Translations under genes and position numbers: made by a program
Notes under the pieces: generated by a model
The model's input: the letters and a program-made list of their open reading frames with translations, nothing else
Database searches by the model: none
Told to the model about the DNA's origin: nothing
Assembly (NCBI GenBank): GCA_043771635.1
Contig: JAYVHA010000017.1
Span: forward strand, 36,761-100,760
Source of the DNA: Candidatus Woesearchaeota archaeon
GTDB lineage: Archaea > Nanobdellota > Nanobdellia > Woesearchaeales > SKIA01
Direction of reading: 5' to 3'
Length of the DNA: 64,000 bases
Shown: positions 17,736-27,248 of the stretch, one piece after another
Position numbering within the stretch: position 1 is the stretch's first letter
How the letters are laid out: the number at the start of each line of letters is the position of its first letter

Positions 17736-18323
17736 ATGTCTACGTCCATAAGTTCGGAGGATCGTCGCGCCGCTTTTGAAAAAATAAAGCAGTACTTTGC
17801 CGAGAAAGACCGTGCGCGCGCGCAGCAAGGTAAGCTGTCCCTTGGCTCAACGGAAAAAGGGTTTTGGGGCGTGAGCCATCTTGACGATGTATATGCTTGG
17901 GCGGAGAAAGTGGCGCTGCACGAGCAACCGGCGCTGCTTGACTTAGGCTCGGGCGACGGGCGCGTTGTGCTTGTAACTGCTTTATTCACTCCTTCAACAG
18001 GCATTGAGTATGATCTAGGACTGCATGAACTAGCGGTGCAGGCGGCGGCAGACCTGCAGATTCCAGTAACGCTTGTTGCGGGCGACTATACGCAGCATGA
18101 TTTATCGCAGTATCGCGTACTCTTCGCATACGCTGATCATAACTGGCGCTGGCTTGAAGTAAAACGTGCGGAACTCACGGACAAGCACGAGCTTCATCTT
18201 TACCATGATACTTTTCATCCTGAGTTTCTAACGAAAGGCAAGACAACTTGGATTGGACAGATTCCTATTTTTTTATACACTACGGCTGAAAAACCAAGTA
18301 ATGAGTTAGATAATAATAGCTAA
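17736..18323 (+). CDS. Class I SAM-dependent methyltransferase-like protein
   Basis: 'LLDLGSGDGRVVL' is motif I. TATA 'TTTTTTAT' at 17707-17714 is centred 25.5 nt upstream. Confidence 0.5.
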   Translation: MSTSISSEDRRAAFEKIKQYFAEKDRARAQQGKLSLGSTEKGFWGVSHLDDVYAWAEKVALHEQPALLDLGSGDGRVVLVTALFTPSTGIEYDLGLHELAVQAAADLQIPVTLVAGDYTQHDLSQYRVLFAYADHNWRWLEVKRAELTDKHELHLYHDTFHPEFLTKGKTTWIGQIPIFLYTTAEKPSNELDNNS

Positions 18324-18399
18324 ATTGATAGTTATTTTCTATTAGGAACACTCTGCCGGAGTGACGCAGCTATAAAAGAGCGTTGAAAGAAATAACGAT

Positions 18400-19314
18400 G
18401 TGGAATTTCCGATTGAGCGCCCGCCATCACCAGTGGACAGGTCGTCGCCCTCAGGATTAGGTATTAAGCACTCGGACGACGACCGCACAACTGCGTACGC
18501 GTTTGCTGCTAAACTTTATCGTGAGTTGGGAAAGCTATGCCGAGCAATAGTCTTGTTCGGCAGTGTAGCTGAGCGCGACCCTCGAGACTTACACGATCCT
18601 CATCGCGATCACAATCATGGTCCTGTTACGCCTGCAGGCGACATAGACATACTAGTCGTGCTTGATGACGTCGGCGTAGTACTAACCGACGAACTGATAA
18701 CTGGCTACCGTGTTATTGGTGAGCAGTGCGCGCGCGACGTTGGCGGGCGCATCCACATTACCACGGTGACGTTTACGACGTTTTGGGAATATGCGCGCGT
18801 TGCGGACCCAGTAATGGTAAACGTGCTACGCACAGGATTGCCTCTAATTGATACTGGTTTTTTCGAACCTATGCAAATTTTGCTGCGGCAAGGTCGTATT
18901 CGCCCAACTGAAGAGTCGGTTTGGGTTTACTACCTTCGCGCTCCTCAAAGCCTAGCGTCGAGCCAAGGTCGGTTGCAGCAAGCTGTGCTCGACTTGTACT
19001 GGGCGTGCATTGACGCAGCGCACGCTGCCGTTATGGCTGCAGGTGAAGTACCGACGAGCCCGCGCCACGCGGCGGATTTACTTCGGTCACTGTATGTGGA
19101 GCGAGGATTACTTGAAGAGCAGTACGCGCAGACGCTTGAGCATTTCTACCAGCTTGGAAAAGACGTTATGCATCGCCGTGTTGGCGCAATTTCGGCAGAA
19201 TATTACGATCAATTGTACGCGCAAGCAAAAGCATTTGTGGACCGTATCCGTGCCTTTTTGCCTGCGCGCCACGGTTCAATTAATCACTCTGACGACAAGC
19301 CAGGCTTAATTTAG
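18400..19314 (+). CDS. Pol-beta-superfamily nucleotidyltransferase with a helical C-terminal domain
   Basis: 'VLFGSVAERD...GDIDILVVLDD' is a GS...D.D NTase motif interrupted by a His/Asp-rich loop. 'ADPVMVNVLRTGLPLIDTGFFEP' is paralogous to 37920..39782. The start is GTG, with 'CTATAAAAG' about 27 nt upstream. Confidence 0.65.
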   Translation: MEFPIERPPSPVDRSSPSGLGIKHSDDDRTTAYAFAAKLYRELGKLCRAIVLFGSVAERDPRDLHDPHRDHNHGPVTPAGDIDILVVLDDVGVVLTDELITGYRVIGEQCARDVGGRIHITTVTFTTFWEYARVADPVMVNVLRTGLPLIDTGFFEPMQILLRQGRIRPTEESVWVYYLRAPQSLASSQGRLQQAVLDLYWACIDAAHAAVMAAGEVPTSPRHAADLLRSLYVERGLLEEQYAQTLEHFYQLGKDVMHRRVGAISAEYYDQLYAQAKAFVDRIRAFLPARHGSINHSDDKPGLI

Positions 19315-19374
19315 CGGCAGTTAAGGTTTGAATAATTTAGCTGCTTATTTAAAAAAAATTTTAGAATTACTGCG

Positions 19375-20010
19375 CTATGCTTGCGGTAATAATCGCTCGC
19401 GCACAAATGTCACTGGTATTCCGCCACGTAGCGTGCAGACTTTTACGCTTGGCATACTAGGTGCTGGTTTACCAAGTTTCGGTAGCGCGCGTGTTCTGAA
19501 AAATACTAGTGCTTCTGTGTTTGGAAAGCCGAGTCTGCGAAGTGCAGGAATAAGTGTTGCTTGGTCTGCGTTTCTAAGCACTCGCTCAACTGCTGGCGTT
19601 CCTTCAATTGCTAGAATGAACTGTTCGTGTTGCTCGCCTAAAAGGCGGCTTCGCTCGCGAAGAGACGCGAGTTCAGCAAGTGCAACAGGCTTTACAAAAA
19701 GTCTATCCTTGTCGCCAAAAACAACAAACGGTTCTTCCGGATGCGCCGCAATTGCGGTCTGAAATCTTGATAGGGAATTAGAAATCGTTTGATTTGCTGC
19801 TTGCACAATTGCGCGGTCTTCATGTTTTAGTTTAGCAAGCGCTTCTTGAATGTTCTGAGCCGCTCCAGTATCAACTACATGTAGTGGAAACAGCACATTG
19901 TGCATTCGCGCGATTACAGGCATGCGCAGTTCTGCGGAAGTCGCGCCTTCCATTTCTGCTAGTAGCTCGCCAAGCGTTTTGTGATATTGCAAGGCAGCTG
20001 CGCGGTCCAT
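19375..20010 (-). CDS. Hypothetical 211-aa protein
   Basis: Clean ORF. TATA 'TTTATAAA' (20033-20040) is centred 26.5 nt upstream of the ATG at 20010. Confidence 0.5.
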   Translation of the reverse strand: MDRAAALQYHKTLGELLAEMEGATSAELRMPVIARMHNVLFPLHVVDTGAAQNIQEALAKLKHEDRAIVQAANQTISNSLSRFQTAIAAHPEEPFVVFGDKDRLFVKPVALAELASLRERSRLLGEQHEQFILAIEGTPAVERVLRNADQATLIPALRRLGFPNTEALVFFRTRALPKLGKPAPSMPSVKVCTLRGGIPVTFVRERLLPQA

Positions 20011-20129
20011 TCGGCTTATCGGCTGTTTTTTATTTATAAACCCTTCGTTTGAAACAACGGCTGTGCGAGAATAAACTCGAAAAAACTCAGCAGTTAAAAC
20101 AGCTCATTATCGCAGTAATTTAGTAAATA

Positions 20130-20372
20130 TTATTCGTTAAAACTGACATTGTATGCGCGGCGGACCTGCGTCTCTCGCTCGCGCGCGGCAAGGAGGTCTC
20201 GAATAACTGCGAAAAGCACAAACCCTAGCAGAATAAGCCCTAGTACTACAAAAATAACTTCTGGTGAAATTATTACGTTAGACACAGGCGCCCAGTGCGC
20301 GCTACCTGTGCTCGCACGAGAAGTGCCGTACTTGGCAACTAGAAATCGGGCTTGCTCGTCAAGTGCGCTCAT
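20130..20372 (-). CDS. Small single-TM protein
   Basis: 'VIFVVLGLILLGFVLFAVI' is a hydrophobic helix. A TATA-like 'TTAAATA' (minus strand, 20395-20401) is centred 26 nt upstream. Confidence 0.45.
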   Translation of the reverse strand: MSALDEQARFLVAKYGTSRASTGSAHWAPVSNVIISPEVIFVVLGLILLGFVLFAVIRDLLAARERETQVRRAYNVSFNE

Positions 20373-20503
20373 AGCTAAGGGGAATCATTTGCGTTATTTA
20401 AGATTGTCCGCGTATTGATCTAAGCGGCCTCGCTACGCCAAATCTTATTTTCTGCCGATTTCAGAGTCGATACGCTTAAAATACTGAAGAGATAAAGTTT
20501 ATC

Positions 20504-21649
20504 ATGATAAAAATACGGTTCGTAGATCCTGATGCTGCTGAGGCGCAAGAAAAAAAGTCTAGGCTGTCTGTAAATAATTTTGAAAACGAGTCTGCTGAAG
20601 ACAATACCTCAAATTCGGGCGCCGCAAAACCAGTTCATGAAACTGCTCGCGAGCGCGCAAAGCGTGAAGAGAAAGAGCGTAAAATTTCCGAGCTACTTGC
20701 AGCAGAGTCATCTCAGGATTCGAGTGGCGCCTCGCCGAGTGCGGGCAGTAGTGAATCGGTGATTCTTGAAACGGCGATTCCCGCCTCGGAGCGTGCATGG
20801 GTTCGCACACTACACTGGCGAGCAAATCCGTTTTCCGAAAATATGCCTGGTAGCGTTCATGACTTCTTTGTAGGGCGTCAAGACGCGCGCGCGGCGTTAG
20901 GGTTAATCGTCCGCGGAGAAGGGCGCTTCGGAATTATTGAAGGTCCGCGCGGCACTGGTACAAGTTCGTTAATAACTTGGCTTAGCGAAGAACTAAGCGC
21001 GCACGAAGGAGCGTTCAGATTAGTTTCTGTGCGCGCCCCGATAGACTTGGCTGCCTTCAGCAAACTCTTGACTGATCCGTATAAAGGATTTTTATCAACT
21101 TACAAAGGAACTACGCCAGAGGATCTGGCTTTGTACCTTGCGAAGCGCGAGAAGCGACGCACCGTAATTATAATTGATGATGCAGACCGAATGGGCCCGC
21201 TTGAAGTAACGATGCGTGAGTTCCTAAAGCATCCAAACTTTGTGGTGGTTCTTGCAGGGCGGGAGCCCGCGCGGTTACGTGAACCGAATGTGCTTGTAAC
21301 CTTAAGTTTGCTTGATCATGCTGCGAGCGTTGAGTGCGTTCGTCGCCGCATAGCGTCAGTTGGTGGCAGTGGTACTCATCCTCTTGGCGGCGAATTATTA
21401 ACGAACCTCTGGCAGGATTCACAGGGCGACTTGCACTTGTTTTTTGCAGCATGCGAGCAAGCCGCTAAAGAAGTGGCGCTTCAACCGTCAAAAAGTAAAA
21501 CTGAGGACGATATTGTAGACACTGCGCACACACGCCGCAACGAGAGTTTAGGCGAGGAAACAGCAGAGCCTAAAAAGCGTTCTCAGTTCGACTCCCTAAT
21601 TGAGAACTTAGGGGAGTCTGAGGCGTCAAAACAGGTTAAGCGCAAATAG
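20504..21649 (+). CDS. Orc1/Cdc6-like AAA+ core with a degenerate P-loop and an acidic/Ser-rich N-terminal extension
   Basis: 'FFVGRQDARAAL' is followed by 'GPRGTGTSSL' (canonical GPPGTGKT with K->T), Walker B 'VIIIDDADRM' and a lid-like 'QGDLHLFFAACEQAAKEVA'. There is no C-terminal winged helix. Confidence 0.55.
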   Translation: MIKIRFVDPDAAEAQEKKSRLSVNNFENESAEDNTSNSGAAKPVHETARERAKREEKERKISELLAAESSQDSSGASPSAGSSESVILETAIPASERAWVRTLHWRANPFSENMPGSVHDFFVGRQDARAALGLIVRGEGRFGIIEGPRGTGTSSLITWLSEELSAHEGAFRLVSVRAPIDLAAFSKLLTDPYKGFLSTYKGTTPEDLALYLAKREKRRTVIIIDDADRMGPLEVTMREFLKHPNFVVVLAGREPARLREPNVLVTLSLLDHAASVECVRRRIASVGGSGTHPLGGELLTNLWQDSQGDLHLFFAACEQAAKEVALQPSKSKTEDDIVDTAHTRRNESLGEETAEPKKRSQFDSLIENLGESEASKQVKRK

Positions 21650-21662
21650 CGAACTGTAGTAA

Positions 21663-22058
21663 CTATTTTGTAGTTTTGCGTCCCTTGAGAGCGTCGGCAA
21701 GCGACATTCCTTTTGGAAATTCGTCGCCGCTAAGCATTCCACCAGCAGCTTTCATGTCTTCAGCACTTATGGTGCTTTTGCGCTGCTGAGGGTTGATATT
21801 TGGATCATCTTTAGCAGCTTCAAAACTAGCTTGATACTTTATTTCACCCATAATAATGTCTTTAGCTTGCTCCCGCGCTTGCATGTCTGAGTGAACTAGG
21901 CCGCGCGCACGCATCTGCTTTGCAAGCACTTCAATTCGGGCGTTGATTTCGGTTTCAGTAGGCGGCGTCATTAGGAATCTTGATGTTTTAGGTGAGTTGT
22001 GATAACGAACATTCCTTTTTAGGATATTTCGTGCTGCCGGGCGACTTGCGCCGGGCAC
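21663..22058 (-). CDS. Hypothetical small protein (start at GTG 22058 or ATG 21971)
   Basis: TATA 'TATATAAT' at 22084-22091 is centred about 29 nt upstream of the GTG start. No recognisable motif. Confidence 0.45.
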   Translation of the reverse strand: MPGASRPAARNILKRNVRYHNSPKTSRFLMTPPTETEINARIEVLAKQMRARGLVHSDMQAREQAKDIIMGEIKYQASFEAAKDDPNINPQQRKSTISAEDMKAAGGMLSGDEFPKGMSLADALKGRKTTK

Positions 22059-22126
22059 TTACTCCATTTGAGTGGTTATTCCTATATAATGCTTCTGGAG
22101 TTTGCTAAAGTTGAATTTACTGAGTA

Positions 22127-22873
22127 TTATGCTTTGCCAGAAAATTTGGTGGAGTTGCGCTCAGTAATAGTGCTAATTCCTAGCAGCGCAAGTGTAAGCC
22201 AAAGCGCAAGCATGAACCCTGCTATTACAGCTATCGGCAAGCCAAGCCTCAAGATAGGCGCTACTGCAAAAATGAAGAAGCTTGGTATGCTCGCAAGTAG
22301 CGAAACTTTTGCAATTTCTGCAGTGTGAATTGAAACATTTTGCACGTGCAGTATTATTCCATAAATTAGAACAAATAATAATGCCGCAATGCATAATGAG
22401 GTTAGCAGTAGAAGTAGGCTCCAGAACATTAAGCTTGGAAGAAGAAACACTGCAATTGGAAGGAGGACTGAGTTTCCTGGCACTGTTTCAAGAGACGAGA
22501 ATGCAGTCCAATCGTATGATTTTGCTCCGAAAAATAGGAATCGTTTAACTGTCAATTCCTTTGGCGTAATTGTCACTATTGCGTCGCCAGTTCCCGTTGT
22601 GATTAGCACGTCTGGGTTGCGCAAAAGATAACTAGGCTCGCTTTGGCTTAGGTGCGCCGTTATCGTTACATTTGTTGTTCGCGCAAGTTTCTCTAGATTA
22701 GTATCTAGTTGGGCGATTGTCGGCAGCAGTAAAAGCATACATACTGCGCTGCTCAGCGCTGCAACTAAAAGAATTAGCCAGGCGAGTTTGCCTATGGAAG
22801 TTTCGCGTAGAACGCCGTAATGCTTAGGGTTCCAACTCGCGCGTAAAATTTTACTGAACATACTAAGCAGCAA
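22127..22873 (-). CDS. Polytopic membrane protein of unknown function
   Basis: Several hydrophobic segments, for example 'LAWLILLVAALSSAVCMLLLL' and 'LLPIAVFLLPSLMFWSLLLLL'. Confidence 0.55.
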   Translation of the reverse strand: MLLSMFSKILRASWNPKHYGVLRETSIGKLAWLILLVAALSSAVCMLLLLPTIAQLDTNLEKLARTTNVTITAHLSQSEPSYLLRNPDVLITTGTGDAIVTITPKELTVKRFLFFGAKSYDWTAFSSLETVPGNSVLLPIAVFLLPSLMFWSLLLLLTSLCIAALLFVLIYGIILHVQNVSIHTAEIAKVSLLASIPSFFIFAVAPILRLGLPIAVIAGFMLALWLTLALLGISTITERNSTKFSGKA

Positions 22874-22905
22874 GCACGGGGATTCTTAATGCTATCGCCG
22901 CGAGA

Positions 22906-23463
22906 TTACTTTGCTATTGGCTTGTTCGGTTGTTCAGGATTAAAAATAATTACCCTATCATGCGTTTGTTCAAGAATAGTTAGTGGTGATAGTGTGCGCG
23001 CCGCCTCCGCAATTATGACATTAGTGTGAGCGCTTTTCTTCAGCAAGCTTATTGCTATCGGTCCACGGCTTACGCGCCGCATTTCAGCCAGAGCGCGCAC
23101 TGGGTTTGCATGGTGAAGTGCTGTGACGCTGATTACTGCGTCAAATGATTTATCTGGAAACGGAATTTCTTCAGCGATTCCAACAACGCTTTGGGGGTGC
23201 GGATGCTGTGCGAGTAGAGCTGCTGACGGGTCGATTCCGATAGACGGGATTATTGCAAAGCCGAGGCCTGTGCCCGCGCCAACATCAAGCACAAGTGCGC
23301 CCGCGGGTAAATTAAGTCTATCTGCAATTAGCTGGTACTTTGCTCGCTGCTCCTCGCCATGTAATTCATTGTAGCCAACAGCAATTGCATCGTAATATTC
23401 GCCGCTCTCGCCGATAGATTTGTTGGATTTACTCGTACCAGCTTTATCTTGCATTTCGTTCAT
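22906..23463 (-). CDS. Class I SAM-dependent methyltransferase
   Basis: 'VLDVGAGTGLG' is motif I, and 'FDAVISVTALHH' is the post-II motif. There is a 4-nt overlap with the upstream gene. Confidence 0.8.
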   Translation of the reverse strand: MNEMQDKAGTSKSNKSIGESGEYYDAIAVGYNELHGEEQRAKYQLIADRLNLPAGALVLDVGAGTGLGFAIIPSIGIDPSAALLAQHPHPQSVVGIAEEIPFPDKSFDAVISVTALHHANPVRALAEMRRVSRGPIAISLLKKSAHTNVIIAEAARTLSPLTILEQTHDRVIIFNPEQPNKPIAK

Positions 23464-24818
23464 TTGTACTGGCTGATGCTAAAAGAGTAGTATGTGTCGC
23501 GCATAGTTTTAGCAATAAAGCCTTTTAGCTTGCGGCCAAAGAATAGGCCGCATGTGTCGCTCTCGAGCGCGATTACAACGCCGCGGTCTTTGTACTCGAA
23601 GGGCTTGCCTGCTTTTCCGGCGAGGAAGCGCACAATGTTTTCTGCTGCTTGCTGGCCTTGCTGCACTGCGGCTTGCGCTGTTTTAGGCTTTCCAGTTCCT
23701 GCGGCGTCACCAATCGCAAAAATGTTGAGGTGGCCAGGTACTTGCAAAGTTTCGCTACTCGGAACTTCTCCGCGCGCAGAAAGCGATACTCCAGAAATTA
23801 CGATGGAGGATGGCTTACTGCCCGCAGCCCAGATTGTAGTGTAGCATGGAATGGCTTCTTTATTCTGGTTTTCTCGCTGCAGTTCGATACTTAGCGGAGT
23901 AATGTTTGACACCGCTGCGCCGGTTAATACTTCGACACCTTTATGCTCGAGCACTGCGCGCACGTCTGGCGCTAGTTGAGGCCATGGCCCAAGGATATTT
24001 GGTCCGCGCTCCACCAACATAACCTTGGCGTTTGGTCGCCGGGCCTTTATTTTGTCGGCAAGAATACTTGCAACCTCGACTCCGGTTGGTCCACCTCCGA
24101 TTATTGCGAATGTATGAGTGCCGCCTGTTCCAACGTCCGCGTCAAGCATTGTATCGATGTGTCCGTACAACCTTTGCGTGTCTTCGCGCGAATAGAATGG
24201 AAACGCATAATTTGCGCCTGGTGTGCCGAAGAAATTAGTTTCGCTTCCAATCGCTATTGCTAGCACATCGTACGCTATGCTGATTCCGCTCTCGAGAATT
24301 ACGGTGTTCTCGTCTGTGTTTACGAGTGTTGCGCGCTCGATATGTAACTCGCCTGGCCACACTTCACGAAGTTGAATAACAACTTTTTTTTCGGAAATCG
24401 TTTTAGCGGCGAGTTCCGTTAGGCGTGGTAGGAAAATAAAATAGTCTCTTGCACTGACCAGCGTTACTGCTAGTCCTTTTCTGCGCAACTGTTGTGCGAG
24501 TAGCAGTCCAGCCATGCCAGCACCAAGCACAACAACGCGCTTTGTTGCAGCTTTAATTGGCATTTTTTGTTTTTGCTTAGGCTCTGTCTCCTCTGTGCTA
24601 ATTGGACCCAAGTCTTCTGTACTGATTTCATTGTCTTCCTGTTCATTCGACGAGAATTGATTTTGTTTAGCGGGCTTGCCCTCGCCTTGCGTCTGCGTTG
24701 CTGCCTTTATTGTAGTTGTGGCTTCTGTGTCGGTTTTGCTTTGTTTTTCGTTAGAGCTTGGTGTCGCAGTATTCCTAATAGGTAGCTTTGCTTCCGGCGA
24801 GGCATCTAAGCTTGTCAT
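23460..24818 (-). CDS. Type II NADH dehydrogenase / pyridine-nucleotide-disulfide oxidoreductase with a roughly 85-aa low-complexity N-terminal extension
   Basis: 'VVVLGAGMAGL', 'FAIIGGGPTGVEVA' and 'IFAIGDAA' are dinucleotide-binding motifs. The TATA at 24841-24848 supports the long form. Confidence 0.8.
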   Translation of the reverse strand: MTSLDASPEAKLPIRNTATPSSNEKQSKTDTEATTTIKAATQTQGEGKPAKQNQFSSNEQEDNEISTEDLGPISTEETEPKQKQKMPIKAATKRVVVLGAGMAGLLLAQQLRRKGLAVTLVSARDYFIFLPRLTELAAKTISEKKVVIQLREVWPGELHIERATLVNTDENTVILESGISIAYDVLAIAIGSETNFFGTPGANYAFPFYSREDTQRLYGHIDTMLDADVGTGGTHTFAIIGGGPTGVEVASILADKIKARRPNAKVMLVERGPNILGPWPQLAPDVRAVLEHKGVEVLTGAAVSNITPLSIELQRENQNKEAIPCYTTIWAAGSKPSSIVISGVSLSARGEVPSSETLQVPGHLNIFAIGDAAGTGKPKTAQAAVQQGQQAAENIVRFLAGKAGKPFEYKDRGVVIALESDTCGLFFGRKLKGFIAKTMRDTYYSFSISQYK

Positions 24819-24840
24819 AATACCGTCGGCACGTTGAAGC

Positions 24841-24848
24841 TATAAAAA
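24841..24848 (-). promoter_or_regulatory. TATA box for the NDH-2/methyltransferase unit
   Basis: 'TATAAAAA' is centred 26.5 nt from the ATG at 24818 (minus strand). Confidence 0.5.
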
Positions 24849-24925
24849 GGTATGGGCTGCGCAGGTTGTTTGAGAGCATATGAGCCAAGGGAAACTATAA
24901 AAGCTGCAGACGTAGCTTAGCCTGC

Positions 24926-25405
24926 ATGCCTCTCACATCAAATCCGCTTATTCTACCAAATTCTATGGACGAATGCGTCTACTTTACAAACCGCTCGTTA
25001 ATCGATGAAAACCGCGCACCTATTGGCAAAGTAATATGCTGGGTGTCCCGAGTGAACTGCCTCAAGTGCAAGAAAGGTTGGATGGGCAAGCCGCTTGACC
25101 CCAAAACTAAGAAAATTAAGGTACGCGCGACAGAGTATGTTTGCTCTGAGTGTGGCGTGGTGGAAGAGAAGGCTGAGCACGAAGCTCGCCTGTCCGCGCA
25201 CGCACAGTATACTTGTCCTGGCTGCAAGAAACAAGGAGAAGGAACTGTGCCATTCGCACGAAAGACGTACATGGGTGCAAAATCCATCCTGTTTGCCTGC
25301 CAGCACTGCGCTACCAAAATAGCAGTAACAAAGAAAATGAAGGACCTCAAGCAAAAGAAGGGCAAAGCCGTCGAAACTGTAGATCTCGATGATGATGACT
25401 TCTAA
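24926..25405 (+). CDS. Double zinc-ribbon protein with an acidic C-terminal tail
   Basis: There are four CxxC pairs (CLKC, CSEC, CPGC, CQHC). The C-terminus is 'DLDDDDF'. TATA 'TATAAAAG' at 24896-24903 is centred 26.5 nt upstream. Confidence 0.55.
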   Translation: MPLTSNPLILPNSMDECVYFTNRSLIDENRAPIGKVICWVSRVNCLKCKKGWMGKPLDPKTKKIKVRATEYVCSECGVVEEKAEHEARLSAHAQYTCPGCKKQGEGTVPFARKTYMGAKSILFACQHCATKIAVTKKMKDLKQKKGKAVETVDLDDDDF

Positions 25406-25410
25406 GACTA

Positions 25411-25959
25411 ATGCTTGCCATCTCTGAACTTAGGCGACGGCGCATTCATCTTGGACTCACGCAGCATGACCTTGCAAAACTTGCCGGCCTAAGTCAAAGC
25501 CTTGTAGCTAAAATGGAAGCGGGTGCAATCGATCCGCGCTATTCAAGTGTAATCAAGATAGAACAAGCACTAGCAGGTGCGGAAAACGCGCGTGCCTCGC
25601 CATTAAGTTCAGTAATGCGCCGCGGCGTTGTTGGCGCGCGCCGTGATGAAAAACTCTCCGTTGCGCTCTCGCGTATGCGCGCAGCGGGTTTTAGTCAATT
25701 GCCTATTCTTGACGGTGACGCGGCAGTGGGCCTTCTTACGGAAGCCGGTGCACTCGACGCGCTTGCGGCAGGAAAAAATTTGGCAGCGCTGCGCGTGTCT
25801 GAAGTCGCCGACGCGCCACCGCCAGTGTTGCCAGGCAACACACCTTTACTTGTTGCGGTGCGCGTGCTTGAATCAGTTCCCTTAATTCTTGTTCGCGATG
25901 GCAAGAAACTTGTAGGTGTGGTTACTCGCAGTGACGTGCTAGGCTCTGTTCATCATTAG
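25411..25959 (+). CDS. XRE-type HTH regulator fused to a CBS-domain pair
   Basis: '[25 protein letters not shown]' is the HTH. The CBS-like segments include '[17 protein letters not shown]' and '[20 protein letters not shown]'. Confidence 0.8.
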   Translation: MLAISELRRRRIHLGLTQHDLAKLAGLSQSLVAKMEAGAIDPRYSSVIKIEQALAGAENARASPLSSVMRRGVVGARRDEKLSVALSRMRAAGFSQLPILDGDAAVGLLTEAGALDALAAGKNLAALRVSEVADAPPPVLPGNTPLLVAVRVLESVPLILVRDGKKLVGVVTRSDVLGSVHH

Positions 25960-27131
25960 TCCTTATGCGCTGGAGCTGACTTAACTGCGGCAACAAGTGC
26001 TTGCAATCGCGGCGTTTGCTCCCATGCGAATTCATTTCGACCAAAGTGTCCGTACGCCGCAGTTGTTTGATACTGTGGTGCGCGCAAATTTAGCGCTATT
26101 GTAATTGCATGAGGGCGTAAGTCAAAAGTTGCAAGTACTCCATGCTCGATTGACTCGATAGGCGCGGTTTCGGTGCCGAATGTTTCAACGTGCACACCTA
26201 CTGGCGCCGCAACGCCGATAGCGTAGCTTATTTGCACTTCGCAACGCCGCGCAAGTTTTGCTGCGACAATGTGCTTTGCTATCCAGCGTGCTGCATACGC
26301 GGCGGATCGGTCAACTTTTGAGGGATCTTTGCCGCTAAATGCGCCGCCGCCGTGACGACCTACGCCGCCGTATGTATCAACTATTATTTTTCTTCCGGTG
26401 AGGCCTGTGTCGCCATGCGGACCTCCAATTACGAAGCGTCCGGTTGGGTTACAATGTATTTCTGTTTTTGCGTCCAAATACTTTCCGCAAACTGGAATAA
26501 TGATGTGCTTGCGCACTTCGTCCCTCACATGATCAATACTAACTGATTCTCGGTGCTGAGTGCTCACTACTACTGCTGCGATGCGCACAGGAGTCTCGCC
26601 TCTGTATTCAACAGTTACTTGCGCTTTGCCATCGGGACCGAGGAACGGAAGTGTTCCATCTTTTCTGAGAATTGCAAGGCGGTGCGTGAGCTTGTGTGCC
26701 AGAACAATCGGCAGTGGCATGAGTTCAGTAGTCTCGTTGCACGCATAGCCGTACATTAACCCTTGGTCGCCCGCGCCCTGCTCATCCTCGTGCGCGCGGT
26801 CGACGCCTTGCGCGATGTCTGGGCTTTGTGCGTGCAGTGCGCTGAGTACTGTTGCTTCATCTGCAACGAACCCTAGTGCTGATTCGGTGTAACCAATTTC
26901 GCGCACGACTTTGCGAGCGATTGCAGTTGCATCCACTTGTCCTTTGCTGCTGACTTCACCTGCAATAACAAGAAGGCCTGTTGTTGCGAGGCATTCCACC
27001 GCAACGCGAGAGTTTGGATCCTGCGTCAGGTACGCGTCAAGAATCGCGTCGCGCACTTGGTCGCAAAGTTTGTCTGGATGGCCTTCAGTAACGCTCTCAC
27101 TTGTAACTAGAAATGGTCTATGGTCTGTCAT
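25956..27131 (-). CDS. metK: S-adenosylmethionine synthetase, bacterial/eukaryotic MetK type
   Basis: '[27 protein letters not shown]' and '[23 protein letters not shown]' are canonical MetK motifs. Confidence 0.95.
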   Translation of the reverse strand: MTDHRPFLVTSESVTEGHPDKLCDQVRDAILDAYLTQDPNSRVAVECLATTGLLVIAGEVSSKGQVDATAIARKVVREIGYTESALGFVADEATVLSALHAQSPDIAQGVDRAHEDEQGAGDQGLMYGYACNETTELMPLPIVLAHKLTHRLAILRKDGTLPFLGPDGKAQVTVEYRGETPVRIAAVVVSTQHRESVSIDHVRDEVRKHIIIPVCGKYLDAKTEIHCNPTGRFVIGGPHGDTGLTGRKIIVDTYGGVGRHGGGAFSGKDPSKVDRSAAYAARWIAKHIVAAKLARRCEVQISYAIGVAAPVGVHVETFGTETAPIESIEHGVLATFDLRPHAITIALNLRAPQYQTTAAYGHFGRNEFAWEQTPRLQALVAAVKSAPAHKD

Positions 27132-27248
27132 GCCTGAGCGGCGCCATAGGTTAATAAGAACTATCGTGTTAAAGATATTCCTTTAGGAATAATTTGGTTT
27201 GTTTTTTATAAGCGTAATTACAGTGGGTGTTTGGTTGCCTGGTGCGAA

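Noticed and set aside
25956-25959. Convergent stop-codon overlap (TTAG) between the HTH-CBS gene and metK
   Set aside because: It is real in the sequence, but it is a trivial consequence of compact gene packing and not evidence of a functional element.
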